This document shows, in pieces, positions 12,192-24,053 of a stretch of DNA of 64,000 nucleotides. A program made the translations under genes and the position numbers. Source of the DNA: Anthoceros angustus (taxonomy: Eukaryota > Plantae > Anthocerotophyta); assembly GCA_010909165.1 (NCBI GenBank), contig VJWM01000016.1, positions 806,001-870,000 on the forward strand, written 5' to 3'. Position 1 is the first letter of the stretch; each line of letters opens with the position of its first letter. Below the pieces are notes generated by a model. The model saw nothing but the letters and a program-made list of their open reading frames with translations. It was not told the DNA's origin and searched no databases.

Positions 12192-14919
12192 ATGGTAGGG
12201 TCATCGCCTCTGGAGGATAGAGATGCTGCGGTTGGTGAATTTGAATCTGGATCCGGTGCTCGGGGAGGGCCTTTGTTGATGCCTGCATTGGGAACGGGGG
12301 TGATATCTGTACGAAATTTTCAGCGCTCGTGCATCACTTTACTTTCGGTAAGGAGCTCACAATGTTATCGCACAGTTTTCATGTTGTGGAATACCAGAAT
12401 TACTGAATTTTGGGGCATGCAGGTGTTGGAGTCAGAGTTAGATGATAGCTTGACACAAACTCTCTTTGACGACGATACCAGGTACAGGTTCACTGTTTTG
12501 GACAGAAACTTCTCTGCTCGCAGCTGTTTTCTGATGAAATAGAATAGGGTTATAGTGTGTACCGTATTTTGGAATGATGAGCTCCTTGTGATCAAGCTCT
12601 GGGTTGTCCGAATTGGAGCATTTGATAAAGATGACGTTTCTAATTCTCAGAGTCGACGACCTTAAGATCGTGACTGATGCTGAATTGGTTGACAAGGCTC
12701 TTGCCGAGGTCCTTGAGGTATGATGGCTTTGAAAACCCGGTTATCTTGAGGAGGTTAGTGGTTGCTAGGGTGTACACCAGACGTCTTGCAAACAATCTCA
12801 TTAGCTCTGCAGGGGAGAGTTGCTCTGGTGGAGTCTCCTCAGTTGGACGATACAGATGCAGAATTGTTTGATCAGGGTCTGGAAGTAAATACGCCGCAGA
12901 GGTACTTGTTGTGCTGGATCATATGCTGTTGTTTAGCAGAACACCTCTCCTGGTCTTGCGATGCTTGTTGACTTGATGTGTACGAGATGCTTGTTAGACT
13001 TTGTGTCCTAATGCTTTTGATACAGTGTTGTTGAAGCTGGTCCAGATGATGGAAGGACGGGTACAGAACCTAGGAATGACGACGACAATACAGAAGAACT
13101 TGACATTCCTGTTCCTTCATCGTCCATGGTCCCAGAGGCTGAAGGGACTGGAGGTGCTGGCTCAAGTGAGGCAACTGGAGGTGAAGGTGGACGCCAAAAA
13201 AGAAAAGAAAAACAAGGAGGCAAGAAACGTGGGAGACCTTATGATAGATCTATCCGAAGCATAACTACGGTTATATGACTAAACTATGTGTAAATTCATG
13301 AATCAGATGGCTGGGTTTGGATTGAGTGATTAGCTAATGTTTTGGATCGAATTGTTGCGTGTGTGCAGAATGGTGATGACAAGAGAACAGAAGCACTAGC
13401 AAGACTGAAGCAAGAAAGGGAGAGTGCCCGAGACAGCTGCAGCTTGAATATGCTGCTGTAAGGCGTAGTTTGGCTTGTCATATCTAATTTTGCAACGTTA
13501 TGTTAGCTCTGAGGATATGGCTGCTGCACATGCTGAACTTGAGTGGCTGAGCTGCATTTGGTGCTAGCCAGTTCACTGTAGTTGATAAATAACTGCATGG
13601 TGGGTTGGACAGGGTCAAGAATGAGCGTGATGCAAGGGAGAATGTTACAACTAAGCATCTGACGGGATTTTTTACGTCTTCTCTGCAGGTTGGCATTTAT
13701 AAGGAATGTGTCTCACTTTACACATCTCTGCACATGCAGATACCACGATCCGTCTGTGCTAAGCTTGGTATTTTCCAATGCATGGCTGTGATATGTGATC
13801 TCATTGACCATTTGTATTTCTCTGTGGTGCAGATGGAAAACGAGGATACTGGGGACCAGTTCCTTCTAGTTGGACCATCAGAGGTTGTCCTGCATCTGGA
13901 GATTTATCATGGCTTGAAGCGGCACATAAAGGTCTGAAAATCAGCAGAGGTGGCCCCTGCCTTTAATAGTGATGTATTTGGCATCAGCCAAGGTTTTCCC
14001 AGAGCTTGTGCTTATGTGACCGACTGTATGCAGACTCAAGAGTTTCTGGTGCTTGGCAGTCAACCCCTCACTGCACTCCGCGACAAGATCTACTGTCTAA
14101 CCAATGACGTTGCAAAGAAAGCAGGGATGCACATGCCCTCTGGGTATTTTCTCATTGAGGTAACCTTAAGCTGTTTGCTGCAAACTAACTGTGCCTTAGC
14201 AGCAATTTCCTGGCATGAAGATGAGTCTCACATGGCAATTCAAACAGGACGTGTTCTACAATGACATGCGTGACCCCAATGCCATTGACTACAGTGTGCC
14301 GTACCTTCGATGGATTAAGGAGCAAAAAGAAGCCCTTGCAAACCCCTGTAAGAGACGTCCTGACAAGACTTTTGATGAGCATGGATTTGCCGTCCGCTGT
14401 CGACGACGACGTCTTCCCAAGCTTCCGACCTTGAGCACCACAATGATGGCGGAGACAATCTTCCTGGACCTGAAAATCAGAATAGGAGCACCTTATTTGT
14501 ACTGCCATCAGGTTGGTTTCCTCCCCTCCTCCATTGCTTCAACCAGTGGAAAGTTGGTGTCAGGCTTAATAGAGCCAAAGCAGTGCTTATTTTGTCATGG
14601 TGCAAGTTTGTATCACTTGACTGTGCTTCTACAGGGGGATTGCAAGCACACTATCATATTTCGAGATTTGCGGTTGATCCACCAAGACGACGTGCAGAAC
14701 GCCTTATCGTATCCGGTCCTCAAGTTTATACCGAAGCTAAGGTACAGGAAGTGTTCAATCTGCAGCATCTATCGCGCCAAAAAAGTCACCTATGAGGATA
14801 TGCGGGCGCCATCGAGTCCATGCTTCTTCTGCGATAACTGTTACTACGTTCTGCACTATTCCGAAGGAGGGGTATTACTGTATAGTGACTTCAAAGTCTA
14901 TGACTACTACCATGAGTGA
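12192..14919 (+). CDS. SRD2: snRNA-activating protein complex subunit 3 (SNAPC3/SNAP50; plant SRD2), multi-exon
   Basis: [53 protein letters not shown]|[30 protein letters not shown]|[16 protein letters not shown], and the C-terminal Zn-finger [10 protein letters not shown]...[18 protein letters not shown] introns. Confidence 0.92.
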
Positions 14920-15434
14920 TTTCTCATTTTTCTTGCCCGATACGTCACGTAGAGCTCATTGACATGAGCATTTGAACACCGGTTTCACAATTTATCGGCC
15001 AGCCATCCCTGACCATGGTGGGGTTAAAGTAAGGATATTTTGTGTTGAGAAATGCGTGGGAGGAACGCTCCCAGGTATCACGCATGTGACCGTGATCATG
15101 ATCTTGCCTGGCCTCTGTATGATCCAAACTGCTAGCCACAGGTGGCCTGGACAGGAGATCTGCATTGTGGTGAGTACTTCAGGATAATGTACTGGACTAT
15201 GGCCCAGCGACTTACTTTGCCACTCAACCTAGTATTTGTCATCAACCAGCTGTAAGGACAAAGAATGGATGGGTGAGGAGAACGCTGCACCGCATGGTTA
15301 CCAGGGAGACGGAACTCCACCATCTGCTTCCGCGCAAATTCGGCATATTCCGCCCAAACCGGCGTCTGGTCAAAATTTCAAAAATGGAAGGAAAAAAAGC
15401 AAGTTTTTCGATGGATTCTTAAATCCTCCCGAAC

Positions 15435-16130
15435 AATAACATCCCCTTTTGAGCGAGGTGGGGCAGTCACGCAATTGTTGATAAAAACATCACCAAACAC
15501 CAGCACTAGGCCTCCAAGTAGCCTGTCGTCCTTCCACTCCACGAGACGACTCACGTCCTTCCACTCCACGAGACGACTCGCATCCTTCCACTCCATGGGA
15601 CGACTCGCGTCCTTCCACTCCACGGGACGACTCGCAGTCAGCACGTCTGCCGCTGCTGTTTATTGTAGCAAGAGTCAACAAGAATACATGAGAGATGAGA
15701 GAGAGCTCCCCATTTTTGCCTAAGCTAGGAGCTTAGCTCTCTCCCCTCGATCTCCTCCTCAAACAGCTCTCCTCTAGGACGCTCACACTCTAGGCTCCCA
15801 AGGCCTCTAGGCACCATAGTCCTATCCTCACAAGAGTGTAGCTCCCAAGTGCTACGATCCTTCTAGACATGCTCACACTCCAGGCTCCCAAGGCCTTTAC
15901 GCTCCAAAGTCCTATCCTCACGAGTGTAGCTCCCAATGCTAGGATCACAGGATGTTCCCCTCTAGGGCTAGCCTCATCTTCTTCTTTTATAGGGAGGCTT
16001 ACATCATTCTCAAAAGTACCTGCCTAAAGCAGACTTTCTTCCTTAAGCCCTAAGCTAAGTCTTACCACCACACTTACAACTTACTAGACTAGATCCAGGG
16101 CTGCATGCCTCTCATGCAAGGCTTCTTACT
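15435..16130 (-). mobile_element. Solo-LTR-like insertion (copy A, 696 bp) with 5-bp TSD
   Basis: Flanked by CGAAC at 15430-15434 and 16131-16135. On the minus strand it reads AGTAAGAAGCC...CTATAAAAG (TATA-like)...AATAAA...GGGGATGTTATT. Homologous to 31335-31986, 43583-~43980 and 44384-45055. Confidence 0.8.
15528..15635 (+). repeat. 4 x 27-bp minisatellite inside solo-LTR copy A
   Basis: Unit gtccttccactccacgagacgactc(a/g)c, head to tail with no spacers. Confidence 0.9.
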
Positions 16131-19100
16131 CGAACAGTGTAATTTTGCAGGGATTTTGAAATTCAAAATAAGCCTCATAACAGGTTAGAATGTTAGTGAA
16201 CTTGTAAACCCTAAACCCTAAACCCGTAAAGTTAGTGAGCGTGTAAACTGCAAATGCCGTAAAACCATGTATTTTGAAGTGTTACAGAAACTCGCAAGCG
16301 GGTGTCTTTTTGGGTGCACCCCCTGTCCTTTTCATGCTTCGAATAAGACATGTTGTATATGCAGATAATTCAATTATGGGGATTATAGGTTAGACGTAGT
16401 GGAGCTTCTGGCTCAAACCGCTCTACTTCATATTGCCTAGATAAAGATAAAAGACATAATCAAGTTTATCCGTAATGCCTAATACATGGAATATCAAGGA
16501 GTTGAGTGAAGAGCTTTATGAATGTTGTAGCCTCTGATTGCATTGCATTGCGTGCAGGAAAGGAGAGAAATTGGATCGGAGTCGGATTGATTGCTTTATT
16601 GAATGAATGATAGAATGCAGATGTGTATGTTGTGCTCCTCATCAAACATCGTAATGCATTCCCAAGCATAACGTAAAGGCCAATGCACGTTCCTCTAAAC
16701 ATGTTTTTCTTTGATCAGGCGAGGCGACATCTCTTTCTCATGGTAAACATTAGGTCTACTAAGTTAGGAGGGGACCTAGGTCTTGTTCATCCTTTAACGG
16801 CTAGTGTTCATACTGCCATCATCGTTGGTGGTAGTCTACGAAATAAACTAGGACGTAGTTTGAGGGCTGAAGAGCCTGCAGTTCTCAACAACTGTTCTTT
16901 TGCCTTTAACAAGTGGCCTTGGGCCTCCAACGGTCTCTCTTATACTGGTGTCTTCTCTATCAAAATAGATACTCAAATCATGTACAAAAGCTCCTCTTGG
17001 ATAGACAGGGGAATCCCTCTTTCTTCATGTAGGTCTTTATCGTAAGCGGAACATACTAAATAAATAAGATAGACAAAACAATATAAGAATTAGACTGAAA
17101 ATGATAATTAGAATAATTAAAATCAAAATAAAATTAAAAAATGACTACCCCATTTAGACTTGGCCTTTGTGTCCTTGTGCAATACACAAGCAAAAGTAAC
17201 ATGGTCATTGTACAATATGCAATCATAAGTAACATGGTTAGCTAAAATCAGCCCGTCCTCCATTTGTCCATACTCAACAAGCAGCCATTTGTCCATGAGA
17301 CAGCCTGTCCTCCATTTGTCCTCCTCCATTTGTCCATACTCATGTCTGAACCCCCTTGTTTGTGTACCTGGAGCAAGTTCAGCAATCGAGGACGACCTTC
17401 TCTTCAAAGGCAAACGAACTTCAACATTGGTGCTCAAGGAACTTCATCTTTTGTGGCCATGCTATTAGAAAACTAACATGCATTTGGGCATCTGGCATAT
17501 AGCATTGATATCCGCCACGCTATTGTTCACTCTATAGCAGAGCACTTTCCGCCAAATTCCAAGTCAGCAAAAAATGCACAACTTGCCTGAAGAGCAGGTA
17601 ATATAAAGATGTGCTCATCCCCCTCCACTCCTGATCTATACATCTCATGGTACCCTTATTGGGTACATTAATCAGAGATTATGAAGATCACATGAAGCCA
17701 TTTGGATTAAGCCCTTTCCACTAAAAAAAACTGTATTCACTTCAGAGGGATTTAGTAGTTGCAGGGCGACGAGTTCATGAATGCACTGCCAAACTTCGGT
17801 ACTAGTCGAGTGCATACTTGGGAACCATATCAAGCGTATGTCTTCATGCGGAGGTAAGCTATAAGAGGCCATGGATGTGCTCGCCAGAGAGCACACAACT
17901 GAGCTTTGATTTACCACTTGAGACAACCATTTGAAAGAACATTATGCAAACCATCTCTATCCAAACATTTTTCCTTTCTAGTTCAAAAAGTAGGTTATAA
18001 ATTATATTATTCTTGGTCTGATCTTCCTCTACCTCCGTGGTTTGCAGGCCGTTTATTCTTCCTGCATATGACATTGTGGGTGCAGTAGGTGACTTTAGGT
18101 AGGGAGCTTATTTGCTCCCCTTCACCTCGACCCCTGGTCCTCTTTGGTTGTCCCCTCCTAGATGGGCTTTTCCCATCGTTTTTTCACCTCAATAAAATCT
18201 TCTTGGTCTGATTATGTTACCATGATTCTTCACCTCATTTTCATCTATGCATTATATTAAAAAAGCTATTGGAATTGAATACATATCAAGTAAGGTTTTT
18301 CAAGGAGCAAGAATAAAAGGTCTAAATACTCCAATTTTGAGTATGCAAATATCAAAATATTAATGAAAAAATTATTTATATTCTACTTTAATGTAGGTAA
18401 AGAATTCACACTTTAGAAACTAATATTAGACTAATATTCACAAGGAATAATCCACGGAAAGCACCTGAGCTGATCTAGATAAAATACTGGTAACTATAAA
18501 TTTTAATTAATTATTTTTTTAATAATAAAATCAATATGTTGGGAATTATGCAGTTCTAAACCTTTGAAATTCTAGAGGTGGTTTTTGCATTATTTCCAAG
18601 CGGTCTTCAGGGCATTTACGAAGTTGTACAATAGCATATTACAAGTTGGTGGAATGCCAACTTGAATGAAGAAGACAGTTAAAGTATATTGTGGATCAAC
18701 TGTAGATTGGATATATGGAACTTTCAGGTGAACAAAGAAAGTTGCAGATTGGGTATATGGAACTTTCAGATGAACAAAGTTGAAAAGCGTAGACATTATA
18801 TCTTGCTAACACACATAATAGTACCTAATCTGCAATTGATCCGCAATATATTTCAATTGACTTTCTTCATTTAAACTTGTAAACATACTTCAATTGTCCT
18901 TCTTCATTCAAACTTTGTATTCGATTCAATCCGTAGCATACAAAAGTGTACAGCTCCGAAAATACCCTCAAGATACTATTTTGTGTGCCACCAAGATATA
19001 ATGTCTATTGGATACTATTATGTGTGCCGGCATCATCAAGATATAATGTCTAATAAATCTTAACAATTACTACAATAATAATGAGTCTGTCATTAACCAT

Positions 19101-19531
19101 GATATATAAATACACAATTAAAATTATTATAAAAATATAGTATAATATTTATACAGATCATATTAAATACTTAAATAATACTTTAGAATTTTAATTTAAA
19201 ATCTTTGAGTAAGAACTAAAAATATTCAATATATCTTCCTAAACACAAAATTTTTAAAACAATTATAAACCATAGCTAATAATAGTCTTACTATACCTAC
19301 AGTAATCATAAATACCCAATTAGGCATTAACCTTATCCTATTCGCAAACATGATTCGCCAACATAATTGCACCCAATTCGCAGTCGATCTTCAACGTACT
19401 TCAATTGTCCTTCCTCATTGCAGCTTGCGTTCCACCCAACCTATAACCTATAACATATCAGCATACAACCATCAGAGAAGCTCACAAGATCACTTTTCAG
19501 CTCTTCTGCTTACCTGTTTGTGTGTCGAATA

Positions 19532-20472
19532 ACTTCCACAACCTTCCACAGCAGGAAGTTCCTACAAGAAAGTAGCTTGCACTTGAAGATCTCCCTCAAC
19601 ATATGCACGCCCAGGTGTCCTGCATCAGATTAAGAATAAAACCCTGAACCACTCTTCAGCACAGCAAGGACGTGCACGCACAGCAAGGACGTGCACGTCC
19701 CTCTGTCCACATAGGGCACTCAGATGAGCTTATCCACAATATCAATGGTGATATCTCCCTGTGCAAGCGAAGCTGCGAGAAGCAAAGCAGTAAGATATTA
19801 GCTGCTCACTGCGGCTGAGAGCTTCACCTGCACACACACAGGTGAGTGCTAAATCACGGCACCAAGAAAGGAAATCAAATCCATGAAGCATTGCAGAGGG
19901 ACGAGAATACCAGAATCTCACTGTTCGTCCAGGGAACCCGCCTTTGGCATTGACTGCAACAGGAGGACAGTTGGTGCCCAGTGTGCACTCCACATCTGCA
20001 CCGAGCTGCTTTAAGCCCGAGACAAGGTCCCCAGATTGGCCTCTCCCGCATTGAATCGGCCTATAGAACCCACAAAGGTGGCTTGGTTGGCTGAACGGTC
20101 CTCGGACACATCCAACCCCAGGGCCGTCATGGAACTCAACATGTAGCGCACGTCATCACTGTCCAGGATGGTATCCACAACAGTCGTGCCCTGGCATCAC
20201 GAATTCCTCAGCTCCCAAGACCCACACCAATCCAAACACCAAGGACGCAAGCAAGAAAGGGAGCAACATCCAGGTGCGGGAACAGGCACACCCCACCTCG
20301 GAGAGTGCTGCCGGAAAAAGCAGACGGTTGGAGAGGGACTAGGAGCCGGGAGCTCGACAGTGCAACTGATCGCCTTCACAGGCTGCAACACCACCGTCTC
20401 CAACGCTGGGCTGGGACCAGCCTGTTGGCCGTTGGGCGCGTGCGTGGCAGCAGAGATGGCCATGGCCGCCAT
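19532..20472 (-). pseudogene. EPSPS: EPSPS pseudogene, truncated and internally deleted (copy 1)
   Basis: Matches exons and introns of 47935-50250 ([43 protein letters not shown], EGDxSSASYFL). It has frameshifts and stops, lacks the GNAGTAMRP segment and has no 3' exons. Confidence 0.88.
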
Positions 20473-21083
20473 CTTCGCGCAGCGCCAGCGACAGCAAAGA
20501 CACAGAGAGGGACCGGAAATGGCGGGGATCGGCAGTCGGCTCCACAAAACTAGCCCAGCCACCTCTTGACGACCAAACGCCGTTGCGGGCTGAGTCATGT
20601 CGGAGGTTGAGACGTCTCAACCTCCGAGCGAACTGAGGAAGGGAAGGAGGAAACGCGGTGGGATCCGATCGCCGGTAGTGACTCTTGAGCGAGCGAGCGA
20701 CCAAGAGGAGAGCTCCAGTTCCACTCTGCAAAAGGCTCGGCTAGTCCATATCCAAGCACAGGGTTAGCCAGCCCTCCTTCCGTCACTGCAGGCTGCCCTA
20801 CCTCCTTGGTCGAACATCCAATGCTGGCGTCACAGCAATGGTGTCTAGTCTCAAGGTGCGTGTGCTTCATGTCAGCACCAGCAATATACACGGTGTGTCT
20901 GTCTGGCCGACAAAGAAAAAGCCTGGAAGGACCTACAAACTGGAGGGACACGAAACGCCCGACACCACTCCGTTTTCTAGAGTTGTCAATCGGTGGCAGT
21001 GGAGGACGGAGTTGAAAGCTACCAAAAGCAGCAAGCCCGGTCGCGGCAAACTAGAGGCAATGTCAATGTTGGAGTCATATCCA

Positions 21084-22366
21084 TCAATTTCGAACTCTAC
21101 AATTTTTGCGGATTTCACCAATTGTGCCCAGCTTGACTGCAACGGAGCTGAGCCTGATCATGGCGTTGGTGAACTTGAGCGACCAAAACGGGTCGTTCTG
21201 GGAGTTGAGTGTGGCAGTGAACTGCGTGAGCACATCGTTGTGGAGAACTTGGTCTGAGGTCATGAGGCCCTGGTTGGCCAGCAGATTGGTGTAGTAGTTG
21301 TTGTCGAATACGAGGGGCGTGCTCACGTCCAAGGGCACCGTAGTGTCGGGGTTGGCGTTGGGCGGGCACAGTTGCTTCAGCTTGGCTGCGTACACCGGGT
21401 CCAGTGAAGAATCCGTCCTGGAAGTGAGGTTGAAGTTGTAAAGGCGGCTGGAGAAGGAGGAGCAGTGCGCCCTCCCGATGGTGTGCGCTCCTGCAATTGC
21501 AAGCATCGAGTAATAATGCAGACTCAGAACGTCATTCCACTTCCATGGCAGTGATCGAGCTGGGCCAGGCGCACTACCTGAGAGCGTGATCATCTCGTCC
21601 TGAGTGAGCCCTTTATTTGCGAAGCTCTGCGTGAGCTGCTGCACATTGGCGGTGGCTGGAGGAAGGTTGAGCAGCGCATCCGGGTTGAGCGAGATCCTAC
21701 CGTCTCTGCGCCCGGTCGGTACCTGCCATGTTGGTCCCCCGGACTGCGGACAAGCACAAACAAGGTAAGGACTCACTAACACATCTCCAACTGCTCGCAA
21801 CTGTTTGTAATGTAAACGACAACCATCGCGGGGCTCACGGTTTTGATCTCTTACAATCACGACCGAGTCCCGCGCAGCAAGAGCCACGATGTCCGCACAC
21901 GACACGATGCCCGGGCAGGCAGCTTCCAGAGCCGTCTTCGCCGCATCGATCACCTGGTAGCCGCGGATGGACAGATTGGGAGTGGCATCCTTCTCGGCCA
22001 GGGGAAACCCGGACGTGGAGTCGAGGAGCAAAGAACCGTCGCATCCCTGCAGACACACGCACATGCGGAATGTGTAGCATACTTCATCACACACGCAGTT
22101 GAAAAGCTTTAAGACAGCAGCATCTCCACCTGCACAAAACAGTCGTGGAAGTGGAGGCGGAGAAGCGAAGCCGGCAGAGTAGGATCGCTATTCGCAAATT
22201 TCTTCACCGTGGTGTTCACAATACTCTCGGCACTGGGACAGTTCACGTTGTAGAAGCCGACGAAGAACTGCGCCTGCACCGTCCCGAGCCCCAGCAGCAG
22301 GACGACGGCTGCTACCGCGGCCCCCCTGCTGTGCTCCGCCATGGCCATGGATCCCGTCCCGCTCAT
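21084..22366 (-). CDS. Class III secretory peroxidase, 4 exons
   Basis: Signal peptide, [12 protein letters not shown]|[32 protein letters not shown]|[24 protein letters not shown]. Canonical three-intron structure. Confidence 0.97.
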
Positions 22367-23036
22367 TCCTTCCTCGACCTCAGCAGCTTCTTCACCCGGG
22401 AGTAGACCGACACGCCGGCAGTGTGATGCGGAGCGGATCCTAACACCAGCGGAGCGCCGGAAGCTTCCGGCATCGCAGAGTCAGAGAGCGCTACAACGAC
22501 CTGCGCTCATACAGCTGTAGCGGTAGTCGGACTCCACAGACTTTTTTGTTGCACCTGCTTCGAACTGCAGAATCAGCCACTCCCGGCCACATCATTCAAT
22601 GCTGCAGCCTGCAGCAGAGGCGGCCGGACTGGACGCCGCGGCGGGACGTACGAGCATTCAAGGAAGCAACAACTGCACTGAATGCGCTTGCCGTGCTGCT
22701 CTCGGGACTCATCCGCTTCGTGTTTGCACTCGCTTTGATGGCAGCCAGGCTGTTTACTGGACATGTGACACCTCCACCAACCCCCCTGCGCTCGTCCTGC
22801 CCCGTCTGGATGCATTCTCCACAGCATGTCTGTTTTGTACACTGTACACTCCACGCCGCATTCAAGGCTCCGTCCTTTGCTGTGGCAAGCTTCAAATCTC
22901 CAACTTGCTGATGTTATCTAAACGCGCTCAACAAACTTTTACTCCCATCCCCGCAGAAACTGGTCCACAAAAATTCTCCCGAATGCGCGAAATGTTGGAA
23001 GCAAGGTAGACCTCACACACAACACAAACCCTAGCC

Positions 23037-23831
23037 ATGCTGAGGGCAACCTTCCTGAGCAGGACCTTCCGGACGTGCGAACTGTCCGGCCAGCTCGGTC
23101 GGAGGAAGGTGATCCTCAGCGGGAGCAGGCTGAGCACGTCGACGATGACGCAAGCGGCAGGCGGGAGCAGCAGGAGCCCGTCAGAGACGAAGCAGCTCGT
23201 AGACCGGATGCACGCACTGCTGGACGGGCAGCCTATGCATGCGTGGGATAAGCTGTGGGCGGAGAATGTAGTGCCGTGGGATCTGGGGAAGGTGACTCCG
23301 GTGGTGGCAAGCCTGGTGCGGGAGGGGAAGCTGCCGGAAGGCCGAGCCCTGGTCCCCGGGTGCGGAGCCGGGCACGATGTCGTTGCCCTGGCCGGGCCGG
23401 CAAGGCACGTCGTCGGCCTGGATATTTCAGACACGGCTGTGGCCATCGCCAGATCCCTGTCTGCCGGTGTCGCCAACTCGGAGTTTGCGGAGTTTATTGT
23501 GCACGACTTTTTCACATATGCTCCTGCAGCTCCCTTTGATCTCATCTTTGATTACACCTTCTTCTGCGCCATGGACCCTCCGTTGCGGCCAGCGTGGGCC
23601 AAGAAAACGGCAGAGCTGCTTGCACCAGACGGCCTCCTGGTCACGCTCATGTACCCTATAGCGGAGTACGCTGGTGGCCCTCCGTTTGCTGTGTCCGTGG
23701 AAGCGTACGAGCAGGTTCTGCTCCCCCTGGGATTCAAGCCTGTGTTTAGCGAGGAGAATCGCCTCAGCGTCGAGGCTCGCCAGGGTCGCGAAATTCTGTC
23801 GTTTTGGAGAAGAAGCAAGTCCAACATGTGA
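23037..23831 (+). CDS. HOL: Thiol/thiocyanate/halide methyltransferase (HOL/TPMT family), intronless, 264 aa
   Basis: WDKLW..VVPWDLG, RALVPGCGAGHDV (SAM motif), GLDISDTA, DFF, FDLIFDYTFFCAMDP..RPAWA, GGPPFAVSVEAYEQVL. Confidence 0.93.
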   Translation: MLRATFLSRTFRTCELSGQLGRRKVILSGSRLSTSTMTQAAGGSSRSPSETKQLVDRMHALLDGQPMHAWDKLWAENVVPWDLGKVTPVVASLVREGKLPEGRALVPGCGAGHDVVALAGPARHVVGLDISDTAVAIARSLSAGVANSEFAEFIVHDFFTYAPAAPFDLIFDYTFFCAMDPPLRPAWAKKTAELLAPDGLLVTLMYPIAEYAGGPPFAVSVEAYEQVLLPLGFKPVFSEENRLSVEARQGREILSFWRRSKSNM

Positions 23832-24053
23832 TAGACGTCGAGCCGCGTAGTATAAACCCAGTTGGTTTTAGGGATAAGTCTACCCTAAAATGCCCGCTAT
23901 CGTTTTAGCACAGCCACTGAGCAGTTGTCGTCGGTTTATAATGTTTTCATGTTCTCCGTTCAAAAGCTACTAAGCTACTTATAACACGCATTGCCTAATG
24001 TACTGATACACCAAAAGGAAACGGCTTCCCGACCCCGTGAGCGGGTCGTGGAG

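Noticed and set aside
16205-16225. AAACCCT telomere-like repeats as a telomere or fusion scar
   Set aside because: Fewer than three units; similar telo-box motifs occur elsewhere (e.g. ~11357).
16140-19500. Coding remnants in the AT-rich interval (e.g. 16683-17045, 17440-17990)
   Set aside because: All frames are interrupted and I found no convincing motif; probably old transposon debris. A frameshift-aware search is needed.
4080-23831. JAZ, peroxidase, HOL and EPSPS as a defence gene cluster
   Set aside because: They are interleaved with unrelated housekeeping genes; no evidence of a shared pathway or co-regulation in the sequence.
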